From assembly GCA_963664115.2 (NCBI GenBank), contig CAXWPJ010000012.1, forward strand, positions 128,001-192,000: 64,000 bases of DNA. Reading direction: 5' to 3'. The position numbers were made by a program, and so were the translations under genes. Source of the stretch: Terriglobia bacterium. Lineage in GTDB: Bacteria > Acidobacteriota > Terriglobia > 20CM-2-55-15. The notes beneath the pieces were generated by a model. The model was not told the origin of the DNA. It did no database searches and worked only from the letters and a program-made list of their open reading frames with translations. This document shows positions 30,202 to 39,556 of the stretch, in pieces. Positions within the stretch are counted from its first letter, which is position 1. Each line of letters opens with the position of its first letter.

Positions 30202-31079
30202 TTCTTTGGATCCTTAACCACAGGTGAAAGCTTCAACTGATCCAGAGGATTGCGCGCGGTTCGAAGATGGCGCCGGGACAGTTGCAGGTAGAGCGTGGTA
30301 TCGCTGAGCCGACTGTGTCCCATCAAGAGCTGGATCGTGCGCAAGTCGGTCCCGGACTCTAGCAGGTGGGTCGCGAAGCTGTGCCGTAGCGTGTGCGGAC
30401 CGATCCTCTGGGTCAGACCCGCACGCTGGGCGGCCCCATGAACGGCATGCCAGACCACCTTGTCCGAGATCGGAGCATCCGTGCCCCGGTGTCCTGCACT
30501 GCTGTGAAACAGATAGACCTCGGGCTTTTTCAATAACCAGTACCCCCGTAACGCTTCAAGCAGATTGCGACTCAACGGGACATCCCGGTCCCGACGCCCT
30601 TTCCCGTCGCGGATATGCACCAGCATCCGTTCACTGTCGATGTCGGCCACCTTCAACACGGCGGCTTCGGCCCGTCGCATCCCGGTCCCGTAGAGCACCA
30701 TCAGGATGGCCCGGTGCATCGGACTCAATGCGGCTTGGATCAACCGGCGGACTTCAGACGGACCCAGGATCGTGGGTAGTTTCCGCGCACTCTTGGGCAT
30801 GGGCAGATCATCCAGTTCCAGATCCGCACGTCGCAGCAGCACCTTCTTGTAAAGGAATCGTATCGCCGAGGTCCGCATCCCGACCGTACTCGCCGCCAGC
30901 TTCTTTTCGGTCAGTAAGTACAGCTGAAAACGCCGTACCTCCTCGGCTCCCATCAAGGCCGGAGACTTGCCGAAGTAATTCGCGAATTGTTCGACTGCCA
31001 GAATGTAGCCACGACTCGTGGCCGGGGAATAGTTCCGTCGCTGGAGTTCCTCCAGCATCCGTTCTCGTAGTTGGGTCAT
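30198..31079 (-). CDS. Tyrosine recombinase/integrase
   Basis: YGTGMR, GKGRRDR, HTLRHSFATHLLE, LMGH, TTLY. Confidence 0.92.
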   Translation of the reverse strand: MTQLRERMLEELQRRNYSPATSRGYILAVEQFANYFGKSPALMGAEEVRRFQLYLLTEKKLAASTVGMRTSAIRFLYKKVLLRRADLELDDLPMPKSARKLPTILGPSEVRRLIQAALSPMHRAILMVLYGTGMRRAEAAVLKVADIDSERMLVHIRDGKGRRDRDVPLSRNLLEALRGYWLLKKPEVYLFHSSAGHRGTDAPISDKVVWHAVHGAAQRAGLTQRIGPHTLRHSFATHLLESGTDLRTIQLLMGHSRLSDTTLYLQLSRRHLRTARNPLDQLKLSPVVKDPKK

Positions 31080-31187
31080 AAGACACCTCCTTATGACCGC
31101 TACTTTATGGGACAGACTCTATCTGCTGTACGCCGACTCCGAGCGCCTGCGGCTTAGTTCAAACCGGCTATACGAAGAACCCTCGCC

Positions 31188-31227
31188 ATTCTCAACGCCT
31201 GATAAATCATTGTCGGACACTGAGAAT
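31188..31227 (-). repeat. dif-like palindromic site (4-bp spacer variant)
   Basis: Reverse complement reads ATTCTCA-GTGTCCGACAA-TGAT-TTATCAGGCGT-TGAGAAT. Confidence 0.7.
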
Positions 31228-31328
31228 TGGCCGTGACCGAACAGGATCACAACTTCCTTGCTTATAACCCCTACCTGTAGTTAGATTTATCCAACTTTTT
31301 CACGTTTCGTTTCGGTAAACAATAATTT

Positions 31329-31350
31329 ATGGAATCTGGCACCAAACTAG
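31329..31350 (+). pseudogene. Ser/Thr kinase 5' stub truncated by IS1380
   Basis: ATGGAATCTGGCACCAAACT is identical to the starts of the 22103 and 46452 stubs. Confidence 0.7.
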
Positions 31351-33199
31351 GCCCTGAACAAGCGTGATTGACGAGGAAATGATAGTGCAATAAGAGCGGA
31401 AGTACCCGAAATGCCCCCTCTCCGTGCGAAAAAAACCTTGAACAGATTCTTCGGAAAAGGAGGCATTTCAGATGAACGATTATACGCGCAAGAACATGAG
31501 GAACCGCAAGCGGCGAATCGAACGTCGGCTTGGGGACCGGCATTGGACGGATCAGGTAGAGCCGATGTTTTCGGCGAGCAACATTCAGTACGAGATGGGA
31601 GAGCGGACGCGGGGCACATCGGTTGGTGGTATCGGGACGATGCAACTGGTGGCGCGGCGGACCGGGCTGATCGAAGCCATCGACAAGGGCGTGCATGTGT
31701 TGAAGCGGCACCTGCCGTATCACGAGTCGGATCACGTGCTGAACATCGCCTACAACGCCTTGAGCGGAGGAACGTGCCTGGAAGACATCGAACTGCGGCG
31801 CAACGATGCGGTGTATCTGGATGCGCTGGGAGCGCAACGGATTCCGGATCCGACGACGGCGGGAGACTTCTGCCGGAGATTCGAGGCCGACGACGTGGAG
31901 TGTCTGATGGAGGCAACCAATCAAGTCCGGCTCGGAGTCTGGCGACAGCAACCGGCGGCGTTTTTCGAAGAAGCGGTGTTGGACGCGGACGGGACACTGG
32001 CCGAAACCACGGGGGAATGCAAGCAAGGGATGGACGTGGCCTACGACGGGACGTGGGGATATCACCCGCTGATGATCTCGCTGGCCAACACCGCCGAACC
32101 GCTGTATCTGGTCAATCGTAGCGGCAACCGGCCGTCGCATGAAGGAGCCGCGGTCCGGTTCGACCAAGCCATCGCATTGTGCCGGCATGCGGGGTTTCGC
32201 CAGATCCTGCTGCGCGGGGACACGGACTTCAGCCAGACCCGGCATCTGGACGGATGGGACGACCAGCAGGTGGGTTTCATATTCGGGATTGACGCGATGG
32301 CGAACCTGAAGGCCCGGGCCGATGAACTGGAGCCGCGCCAGTGGAAGCGCCTGGAACGGCCCGCGAAATACGACGTGGCGACCGAACCGCGCCAACGTCC
32401 CGACAACGTGAAGGAAGAGATCGTTCGGCAGCGCGGTTTCGACAATATCCGCTTGCAGGGTGAGGATGTGGCCGAGTTTCGGTATCGACCCGGAGCCTGC
32501 GATCGGGACTACCGTGTCGTCGTGGTGCGGAAGAATCTGTCGGTGGCCAAAGGAGAGCAGGTGTTGTTTGACGACATCCGGTACTTCTTCTACATTACCA
32601 ACCGTTCGGATCCGGCCGACCAGATTGTGATGCGTGCCAATCAACGGTGCAATCAGGAGAATCTCATTGAGCAGTTGAAGAACGGCGTTCAGGCGTTGCG
32701 GATGCCGGTCGGAGATCAGACCAGCAACTGGGCCTACATGGTGATCGCGTCACTGGCCTGGACACTGAAAGCGTGGTTTGCATTGCTGCTTCCCGAAACC
32801 GGACGTTGGGGCCAAAAATATCAGGCTGAGAAGCAAACCGTGCTGCGCATGGAGTTCAAAACCTTCTTGAACGCTTTCATGCTTGTGCCGTGCCAACTCG
32901 TGCGCACCGGGCGGCGCATTCTGTTCCGGATCCTGGCCTGGAACCGGTGGTTGCCGGTCTTGTTCCGCGGGGTGGATGTGTTGCGTCAGCCTCTGCGATG
33001 TTGACCCGATCATGACTCTGAGCCCGGGCGATCGAGGTCCCGGTTTCTGTCAACCGTCCAACACCAGCGAGGCTGAACTGAAACAGATTCAACAGAAACT
33101 CGATACCTGGAACAGGCCATCCGGGAACGGGATTCTATGCCTCGAATTCTATCGGCGCGAACTGGGCCTCGGCGGACTGGTTATGCGCTTGTTTTGGGT
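31351..33199 (+). mobile_element. IS1380-family insertion sequence
   Basis: IRs CCCTGAACAAGCG / CGCTTGTTTTGGG, CTAG on both flanks, transposase inside. Confidence 0.85.
31472..33004 (+). CDS. IS1380-family DDE transposase
   Basis: LDADGT, GYHPL, LRGD, RCNQENLIEQLK, NWAYM motifs. Confidence 0.9.
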   Translation: MNDYTRKNMRNRKRRIERRLGDRHWTDQVEPMFSASNIQYEMGERTRGTSVGGIGTMQLVARRTGLIEAIDKGVHVLKRHLPYHESDHVLNIAYNALSGGTCLEDIELRRNDAVYLDALGAQRIPDPTTAGDFCRRFEADDVECLMEATNQVRLGVWRQQPAAFFEEAVLDADGTLAETTGECKQGMDVAYDGTWGYHPLMISLANTAEPLYLVNRSGNRPSHEGAAVRFDQAIALCRHAGFRQILLRGDTDFSQTRHLDGWDDQQVGFIFGIDAMANLKARADELEPRQWKRLERPAKYDVATEPRQRPDNVKEEIVRQRGFDNIRLQGEDVAEFRYRPGACDRDYRVVVVRKNLSVAKGEQVLFDDIRYFFYITNRSDPADQIVMRANQRCNQENLIEQLKNGVQALRMPVGDQTSNWAYMVIASLAWTLKAWFALLLPETGRWGQKYQAEKQTVLRMEFKTFLNAFMLVPCQLVRTGRRILFRILAWNRWLPVLFRGVDVLRQPLRC

Positions 33200-33243
33200 C
33201 TAGGGGCGTCCTTTCATACTGCGATTTAACAGGACTTGAGAAT
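33199..33243 (+). mobile_element. Solo IS1111-type end fused to the right half of a dif-like site
   Basis: TCTAGGGGCGTCCTTTCATACTGCGAT-TTAACAGGACTTGA is identical to 41134-41174. Confidence 0.85.
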
Positions 33244-33258
33244 CATTTTCACCGTCGT

Positions 33259-33657
33259 TTAGGGCACCGGCACCCGTTCAACCGCCAAAGTAAGACGACC
33301 AACAGCACTGACGACTTCCACCGTGCTTCCTCTGGGCACGGGCCCTGTTGGGGCCGTCGCACGCCACAGCTCGCCGCGCACGCGGACGTAACCCTTTGGC
33401 GTGAGGTCGGTGGTGACGACTCCACGGAGGCCCACCATACGCTCAACTCCCGTCCGTGGATCTTCTTCGTATGACTGTCGGAGGAACGGATAGAGAGCAA
33501 GGTCTTTCACAACCCAGCAACCGAGCAGCGTGCCGGCGGCCCAGGCGGGCATTTCCACTCGACGCCACAGCAAAAGCAGCACGCCTACCAGCCCGAGCCA
33601 GCCCGGAATCTGAATGACGATGTATTTCAGAAACGTCCGAGTTGGCGGCCAGTACAT
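33259..33657 (-). CDS. Short NfeD-family membrane protein with a kinase-type C-terminus
   Basis: Two TM segments, OB-fold GYVRVRGELWRA, ends ERVPVP*. Confidence 0.8.
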   Translation of the reverse strand: MYWPPTRTFLKYIVIQIPGWLGLVGVLLLLWRRVEMPAWAAGTLLGCWVVKDLALYPFLRQSYEEDPRTGVERMVGLRGVVTTDLTPKGYVRVRGELWRATAPTGPVPRGSTVEVVSAVGRLTLAVERVPVP

Positions 33658-33892
33658 GACGCCACTATCTCATAGGACGGCACTGAACCGACTCTTTCAA
33701 TCTGGCTTTGAAAATCTCGATAAAGAAACATGAAAGCAAGAGGTCGCGCGACGGCCTGCGGCCGCGACGATTCGTCCTCGGCAACGCCGAATGGTAGAGC
33801 TATTCACTTCCGCAGGATAGGTAAACCCTTGGCGACTTATCGTTAGTAATCCGGCGTTATTTCAGTTCCTAGGCACTTCTCCCCGAAGTTCA

Positions 33893-33927
33893 ACGTCCGA
33901 GAAGATGATTTGTCAGGACTTGACCTC
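33893..33927 (+). repeat. dif-like palindromic site (intact 11-6-11)
   Basis: ACGTCCGAGAA-GATGAT-TTGTCAGGACT-TGACCTC. Confidence 0.8.
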
Positions 33928-33932
33928 CAAAA

Positions 33933-34030
33933 TCAGGGAACTGGCACCCTCTCCTTCAGTTCTTCAAACCAATTCAGGACGATGTTGATTCCGGGGGCGG
34001 GCGGCCTCGCCAGTACCGGTCTTCCGTCTA
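33933..34030 (-). pseudogene. Kinase 3' stub
   Basis: INIVLNWFEELKERVPVP* on the minus strand. Confidence 0.8.
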
Positions 34031-34085
34031 CCTGGAAATCCTGATTCGGACAAGGGCGGTTTGTCCGCGTCTTTCCATTCCAGTG

Positions 34086-35072
34086 TCAAAATACGGCGAT
34101 GGGGTTCAATGGTGAACCGGTTCCCCCGCGGAACGGGAGCGGTGCGGCCATCAGCAAAAACTCCCATCGATTTCGCTCGGCTGCTGCGTCGCCGAGCGCC
34201 TCCAGATCACAGTTGTCGAACATGTGGATGCCCAGATATAGCAGCGCAAAGTCGTGAACGGCTCCGGGCAGGTTCGACGGCGCAACATACGTTGGATGAT
34301 CGCTTCCCAATAACGCAACATCTCGCTCCTTCAACCACGGAATTACGGACGGGTGGAGACCCGCCGATCGGCCACCCTCGGCTCGGCCGCGAAGCCAAGG
34401 TCCTTCGGCCTCACGTCGAGCCCACACACCGGTACGAATGAACAGCGCGTCACCGGAGGAGACGCGCACGCCGGTCTGCTCTTCCCAGGCTTCCAGATCT
34501 TCCACGTAGATTGGAGTACCCGGCTCCAGATACGGAACGCCCTTGACCCTCGGAATGTCTATCAGGACGCCACGGGTCAGGATCCCGTTCTTGAGGTTGT
34601 GGATCGAGTTCTGCTCGTGTCCAGTTTCGAGGACGGTGTCCGCGTCAGGAGTGTACCCGTTGTAGAAAGTCCCGTTCTCGTTCACATGCGCCAGGGCGTC
34701 GAGGTGCGTGTGCGCGATGCCATGGTAACTGACCCCAAACCGATCTGCGCTGATCCGGAGCATCTCGTGTTCATACGGATTGGGATTGTCGATGGCCTGA
34801 ACGGTATCCGCATCACCAGCCAGGGAAACGGAAAATCCTTCTTCAACCAGGGCCACCGCCTCCAGCCGCTTCTCTGGCGTGATCAGGTTCAGGGCTCCGA
34901 TCTCATCGTCCACTCCCCAACGCCCCCAGTTCGACAACTCCGTCTTCCACTGTTCGTACTGGGCTGTGGTCACATCCCTGTCGCCCTCCTGAAGTGGTTC
35001 GAGGGCGGGTCGAGACAACGCGATAGTCGCGCTCATCGCTACTATGAAAAACCCGGCGAGCAATTTTTTCAT
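34086..35072 (-). CDS. Cyclase family (kynurenine formamidase-like) secreted metallohydrolase
   Basis: NWGRWG.DDEIGALN, THLDALAH, RGVLID, IRTG, GGTGSPLNP. Confidence 0.88.
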   Translation of the reverse strand: MKKLLAGFFIVAMSATIALSRPALEPLQEGDRDVTTAQYEQWKTELSNWGRWGVDDEIGALNLITPEKRLEAVALVEEGFSVSLAGDADTVQAIDNPNPYEHEMLRISADRFGVSYHGIAHTHLDALAHVNENGTFYNGYTPDADTVLETGHEQNSIHNLKNGILTRGVLIDIPRVKGVPYLEPGTPIYVEDLEAWEEQTGVRVSSGDALFIRTGVWARREAEGPWLRGRAEGGRSAGLHPSVIPWLKERDVALLGSDHPTYVAPSNLPGAVHDFALLYLGIHMFDNCDLEALGDAAAERNRWEFLLMAAPLPFRGGTGSPLNPIAVF

Positions 35073-35089
35073 GGATCCTCCGCGTTTTG

Positions 35090-35137
35090 GTCGGTGATTC
35101 GATATGGGCTGAGTTCTGTACCTGAACTGAGTGCCAC
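35090..35137 (-). pseudogene. Kinase 5' stub (short)
   Basis: GTG start: MALSSGTELSPYRITD; upstream region resembles 46470-46545. Confidence 0.55.
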
Positions 35138-35206
35138 AAAACACGCTGTTTGTTTTTTCGAAAATCTCGGTAAATTTAATCACAGGAGGGAATTGGGGAC
35201 AAAGAG

Positions 35207-35246
35207 AATCTCAAGTCCCCAAAAACGTTAGATTCTTATCGGAAGT
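35207..35246 (-). repeat. dif-like site with enlarged spacer
   Basis: Reverse complement reads ACTTCCGATAA-(11 nt)-TTTTGGGGACT-TGAGATT. Confidence 0.55.
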
Positions 35247-35558
35247 AACCCGGTGAGAGCAGCGCAGGACAAGTGGTGATGTGTGGCCGGGTTACTTTCG
35301 ATGAGGGCGTTTGAAGAAAGCTGCCCACAGGTCAGGCGTCTACGTAGTTTGACAGCGGTTTCGGGTATCGACAACGTGAAGACAGGCCAAGTGTAAACGA
35401 TATTGTAGGACACCGTGAAATGCCCTGTTTAGAGCAAGTGTCACATTGACGGTTAGGCGACAATACAGGACTTGGACAATCGGCGAGTTTTCATGCCGTC
35501 ATTCTGCTGCGTGCAGAGTCAACCTGACGTTGCCGTTTCAAAGGTCGTCGATAAGATG

Positions 35559-36362
35559 CTACCTGGCGCAGCGGAAGCCGATGTTATGGTGACCGGAGTC
35601 GAACTCACGCGAAAGATTCCGGCCGCGCTCGGTCGACCGGATCTGCCGCGCCGGGGTGTCCTGGCCGCCGCCGCGGGTTCCCCGCACCGGTCCCGGCTCG
35701 AGGCTCTCGCGGCCGTCCGAGGCGTCATAGGGGTAAGGCGCGTAGGCGCTGCTGACCCACTCCCAGACGTTGCCGGCCATGTCCAGGACGCCGTATGGGC
35801 TGGCGCCGTCCGGAAAGCGCCCCACCTGGGCGGTCTCCCTCCAGCCTCCGTCGAACTGCGCTCGCGTCCGGTCGGGAGCCTGACTGCCCCAGGGATACAT
35901 CCGGCCGTCCCTGCCGCGTGCGGCCTTCTCCCATTCCGCCTCCGTGGGAAGGCGCTTGTTGGCCCAGGCGCAGTAGTCTCGGGCCCCGGCCCATGAGACC
36001 TCCAGTACCGGATGGTCTTCGAAACCCGGCTCCACAACCCACGAGTTGCCGCTCCGATCGATGCGCGCATCGGAGTCGTCGTCCTCGTAATAGGTTTCCC
36101 GCCGAGGACCTACCGGTCCCACGGCTTCCAGAAACCTGGCGAACTGGGCCTTCGTTACGGGAGTCCGGTCGATCTCGAAAGTGGCCAGCTCGACAGTATG
36201 CGCGGGTCGCTCTTCGGCCGGACCGGTGTTCGTCCCCATGATGAAAGGCCCGGCCGGAATTGTGACCATTTCAGTCGTCGACTGGCTCTGGGCTTCGCAT
36301 AAGCAACCTGCGATTAGAACGATTGAAGATATCGCTCCAAGCGTATTGAGACTTCTGAACAT
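35559..36362 (-). CDS. Formylglycine-generating enzyme (SUMF1/FGE-sulfatase) domain protein
   Basis: RLPTEAEWEKAARG, DMAGNVWEW, IGFRCA. Confidence 0.9.
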   Translation of the reverse strand: MFRSLNTLGAISSIVLIAGCLCEAQSQSTTEMVTIPAGPFIMGTNTGPAEERPAHTVELATFEIDRTPVTKAQFARFLEAVGPVGPRRETYYEDDDSDARIDRSGNSWVVEPGFEDHPVLEVSWAGARDYCAWANKRLPTEAEWEKAARGRDGRMYPWGSQAPDRTRAQFDGGWRETAQVGRFPDGASPYGVLDMAGNVWEWVSSAYAPYPYDASDGRESLEPGPVRGTRGGGQDTPARQIRSTERGRNLSREFDSGHHNIGFRCAR

Positions 36363-36881
36363 TGGAAACCTCTTGATTGGCTGGACTGGTTGATGCTGCC
36401 ACATGGCCCCGATTCAATGAGACTACAGGCAGGATTTCAGGTCAATCAAAGAATCACATGGAAGCATAGGCGACTTCACATTCTTGTGGAATTTCTACAG
36501 TCCGATTCAGGCTCACTCGGAGAAGGCTTGTGGGCTTAGTGAAAGGTGTTCGGACAAGCCAGTTCAGAAACCCTCTACGGGCAGGAGGCGCCGCAGCTCT
36601 TCGTCCAGACCGAATCCAGATCGACCGGGGCTATTGTTTTTCCTATGCCCTCTCGGTTTCAACCGGATAAAGTATGTGGCGATGATTTCGATCCGGTTTG
36701 GGCCGTTCTAGGGCCCGAACGGATTGCTTTCTACTCTTGGCCGACTATCGGAAACGGGCGAGACGCGCACGCCGCGGCTCGCGAGGCCAGAGTAGGGCTT
36801 TGGAGGGCCGCGTAGTGCCCGCGGCGGTTCGGGGCGAAGCCCCGTGTAGTTTATTAAGTTCGGCTCACGAGCGAGGTTTGC

Positions 36882-38087
36882 ATGAGAATCAAACGTTCCA
36901 TTCGGTGCGCTGCGGCGTTGCTGCTCGGCATTGTCGCGCTCAGCCACGCTCGGCAGCAACCGCCTATCGGCGTACCGGTACCGCCGTTGGGTGCGGGACC
37001 ATGGGTGTTCGATACGGGCGAGCAGCACAAGATCCGCGTCAGCGTCGTGACCAAGGGGCTCTCACATCCATGGGCCATCGCCTTCATGCCCGGTGACGAG
37101 ATGCTGATCACCGAGCGGGACGGTCGCCTGCGCGTCGTTCGAGCCGGAGTGCTCGACCCACAGGCCATCTCCGGCTTGCCCCAGGTCCGGACCGACGGCA
37201 ACGGGGGTCTCATGGATATTGCCCTCCATCCCCGGTTTGCCGAGAATCGCCTGGTCTACCTCACGTACACCAAACCGGTCAGAAGCGGCATGGGTGCTCC
37301 GGCGCTGGCGCGGGGCCGGCTCGAGGGCGACGAACTCGTCGATGTCCGAGACCTTCTCGTCACTGAGGCGCACGAGGGCAACTCGGGTCTCAACGGCCGC
37401 GTCGTCTTCGGAAGTGACGGCAAGGTCTACATGTCCACAGGCGGCAGGTCCCAAGACGACATTGAGAACCTCGCGCAAGATCCCATGAGCTTGCGCGGCA
37501 AGATCCTGCGCCTTAACGACGATGGCTCCGTACCGGCAGACAACCCGTTCGTGGGCCACGCGGGCTATCGGCCGGAAATTTACAGCCTGGGGCATCGAAA
37601 TACGCTGGGCCTCATCGTCCACCCCGAGACCGGGATGCTCTGGCAACACGAAAACGGCCCCCTCGGCGGCGACGAGATCAACATCATCTTGCCGGGGCGC
37701 GATTACGGATGGCCGCTTCTGAGCTTCGGACGCGATTATTCAGGCCCGCGCATTTCCGAACATCCGACCCGCGAGGGATTAGAGTCGCCGCTCGTCGTGT
37801 GGCTGCCCAGCATCGCGGTCGCCGGCATGGCCGTATACACCGGCGACCAGTTTCCGGCGTGGAGAGGCAACGTGTTCGTCGGTGCGATGCGCGAGGGCCG
37901 CATCCCGGGCACGGGCCACCTGCAGCGCATCGTGTTCAACGACAGGACAGAAGAGCTGCGACGCGAGTCGATGTTGAGGGAGCTCAGGCAACGCATCCGG
38001 GAAGTGCGCGAAGGGCCCGACGGGTTCCTGTACTTGCTCACGGACGAAGACGAAGGCGCGCTCCTGCGTATCGAGCCGGCCCCGTGA
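36882..38087 (+). CDS. PQQ-dependent sugar dehydrogenase (GSDH/YliI-like)
   Basis: GLSHPWAIAF, GKILR, YSLGHRN, GGDEINII, GWP motifs. Confidence 0.88.
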   Translation: MRIKRSIRCAAALLLGIVALSHARQQPPIGVPVPPLGAGPWVFDTGEQHKIRVSVVTKGLSHPWAIAFMPGDEMLITERDGRLRVVRAGVLDPQAISGLPQVRTDGNGGLMDIALHPRFAENRLVYLTYTKPVRSGMGAPALARGRLEGDELVDVRDLLVTEAHEGNSGLNGRVVFGSDGKVYMSTGGRSQDDIENLAQDPMSLRGKILRLNDDGSVPADNPFVGHAGYRPEIYSLGHRNTLGLIVHPETGMLWQHENGPLGGDEINIILPGRDYGWPLLSFGRDYSGPRISEHPTREGLESPLVVWLPSIAVAGMAVYTGDQFPAWRGNVFVGAMREGRIPGTGHLQRIVFNDRTEELRRESMLRELRQRIREVREGPDGFLYLLTDEDEGALLRIEPAP

Positions 38088-38288
38088 GCGTCCCGGACGG
38101 CCGTCTCACGGGAAGTGGGCGGGTTTGCCGTCACCCATCGTCCTTCGATCACACCCGTAAATAAAACTACATAAGGGACTTAGCGTCAATCTGCAAGGCA
38201 CATCCCTGTCACCCCCTAACCGGAATAGTGGCTTGTACTCAAGGACCCATTCACATTTGGGAAACCTGAAATGTTCCTGGAAACGATT

Positions 38289-38382
38289 ACTCCCGAAAAA
38301 CGCCGTTGTCGGAAGCTGAGAAACCCCAGTAATTTGCCCAATTCTCAAGTGACGCGAAGATGATTTCTCAGGACCTGAGAAT
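38289..38382. repeat. Two back-to-back dif-like sites
   Basis: Minus strand TTTCTCA-GCTTCCGACAA-CGGCGT-TTTTCGGGAGT (38289-38323); plus strand ATTCTCA-AGTGACGCGAA-GATGAT-TTCTCAGGACC-TGAGAAT (38341-38382). Confidence 0.7.
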
Positions 38383-38545
38383 CATTTTCGACTGGCCAGA
38401 CACAAACTTAGAGCAGTTCATTGCCAGATGTTGCGGACACGTTCTTTAGCGTCGAGGGAAGCAGTCTTGCCAGCTTGATCTATCTGAATCCACACGCCCT
38501 CAGATCGGACCGGCGATGCTAAGTTGACAGTGCCTTCCTGACATC

Positions 38546-38980
38546 CTATGGCTGGCGCTGGGCAGCTACGAGTTCCAGGATGGCGATGGCGCCGCGAGCA
38601 GCGAGTTGAAGCGACTCGAGGTCCCCCGCTTCAACACCGTTGACAGCGATGTCGTTGGCTGCCTGGACAAGGATCGCGATCCCTCGGTCAGCATCGCCCA
38701 TGTCGTTGAGAATTCCATTTCCCTCCTGCGCGGCACATGGGTAGCCCGCACTGACGTCGAAATTCGACCCGTTCGGACCCTCGATGCAGTTCACCGCGTG
38801 GTGGAGATGCCTCATCGCACCCTCAACTGCCTCCTGGTCGGCCGACAAGCCTGCGTGCTGAATGGCCGTCGCGATCTGGCTCGCCGCCTTGCCCTGGTCT
38901 TGTTCTGCTGCCGCCATGGGCGCAAGGGCGACCATCACTACAACCATCATTATCACTATGTGTCTGACTGATTTAATCAT
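38546..38980 (-). CDS. Hypothetical secreted protein (His/Cys-containing)
   Basis: Signal peptide, HAG and HLHHAVNC, GGAGG RBS upstream. Confidence 0.65.
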   Translation of the reverse strand: MIKSVRHIVIMMVVVMVALAPMAAAEQDQGKAASQIATAIQHAGLSADQEAVEGAMRHLHHAVNCIEGPNGSNFDVSAGYPCAAQEGNGILNDMGDADRGIAILVQAANDIAVNGVEAGDLESLQLAARGAIAILELVAAQRQP

Positions 38981-39268
38981 TTGAGGCCCTCCAGCCTGTG
39001 ATTGAAACGCCCCGGATAGAAAGAATAAGAGGCCCTTTCCTGCTAGAAATGGGGTGAGTCTGTGGCAATTCTTTCGCTCCAGCAAGGGAAATGCAAGGAA
39101 AATACGGTCCGCAGCACGAACTGAAGAACCAAGCATCGGTTGAGGTAACGAAAAGTGATGTCGATGGTGGTCTCCTCAGGGCTGGGAGGCGCCGCGCTGT
39201 GGCACCTCGTTGAGTGACCTAACCCACAAGAATTGGACCGAGAACAGTCCAATCACAAGGAGAGAGAA

Positions 39269-39556
39269 GTGAAGAAATTTGTGCTGCTCCATTACGGATT
39301 CGAGAAGCCCACCCCAGAGATCATGAAGGGATGGGAAACCTGGTTCGAGTCAATCGCCGACAGGACGGTTGATAACGGTGGTTTCAGCGGCGGGCGAGAG
39401 ATCTCCGCCTCTGGGACAAAGGACCTCCCATGGGGAATGGAGTCCATCACTGGCTACACGATTATCCAAGCCGAGAGCCTTGACGAGGCAGAGAAGATCG
39501 CTCAAGACAATCCCTATATCGCGAGCATCCGAGTCTACGAGGTCAGGGGGATGTAG
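39269..39556 (+). CDS. YciI/DGPF-like small protein
   Basis: ITGYTIIQAESLDEAEKIAQDNP...IRVYE, AAGGAG RBS. Confidence 0.75.
   Translation: MKKFVLLHYGFEKPTPEIMKGWETWFESIADRTVDNGGFSGGREISASGTKDLPWGMESITGYTIIQAESLDEAEKIAQDNPYIASIRVYEVRGM

Larger units (their letters stand above)
28687..31165 (-). mobile_element. IS91-like transposase plus tyrosine recombinase two-gene element
   Basis: Overlapping gene pair bounded by imperfect 23-bp IRs GGTTTGAAGTGAGGCGCAGGCGC / GCGCCTGCGGCTTAGTTCAAACC. Confidence 0.8.

Noticed and set aside
29024-32644. Long alternative-frame ORFs (29024..30082, 31271..32644 and similar ones elsewhere)
   Set aside because: They overlap well-supported genes in other frames or strands; typical high-GC shadow ORFs
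38164-38191. Extra dif-like site AAACTACATAA-GGGACT-TAGCGTCAATC and a short IR with 36845
   Set aside because: Only one arm is XerD-like and the IR is about 11 bp; too weak to call
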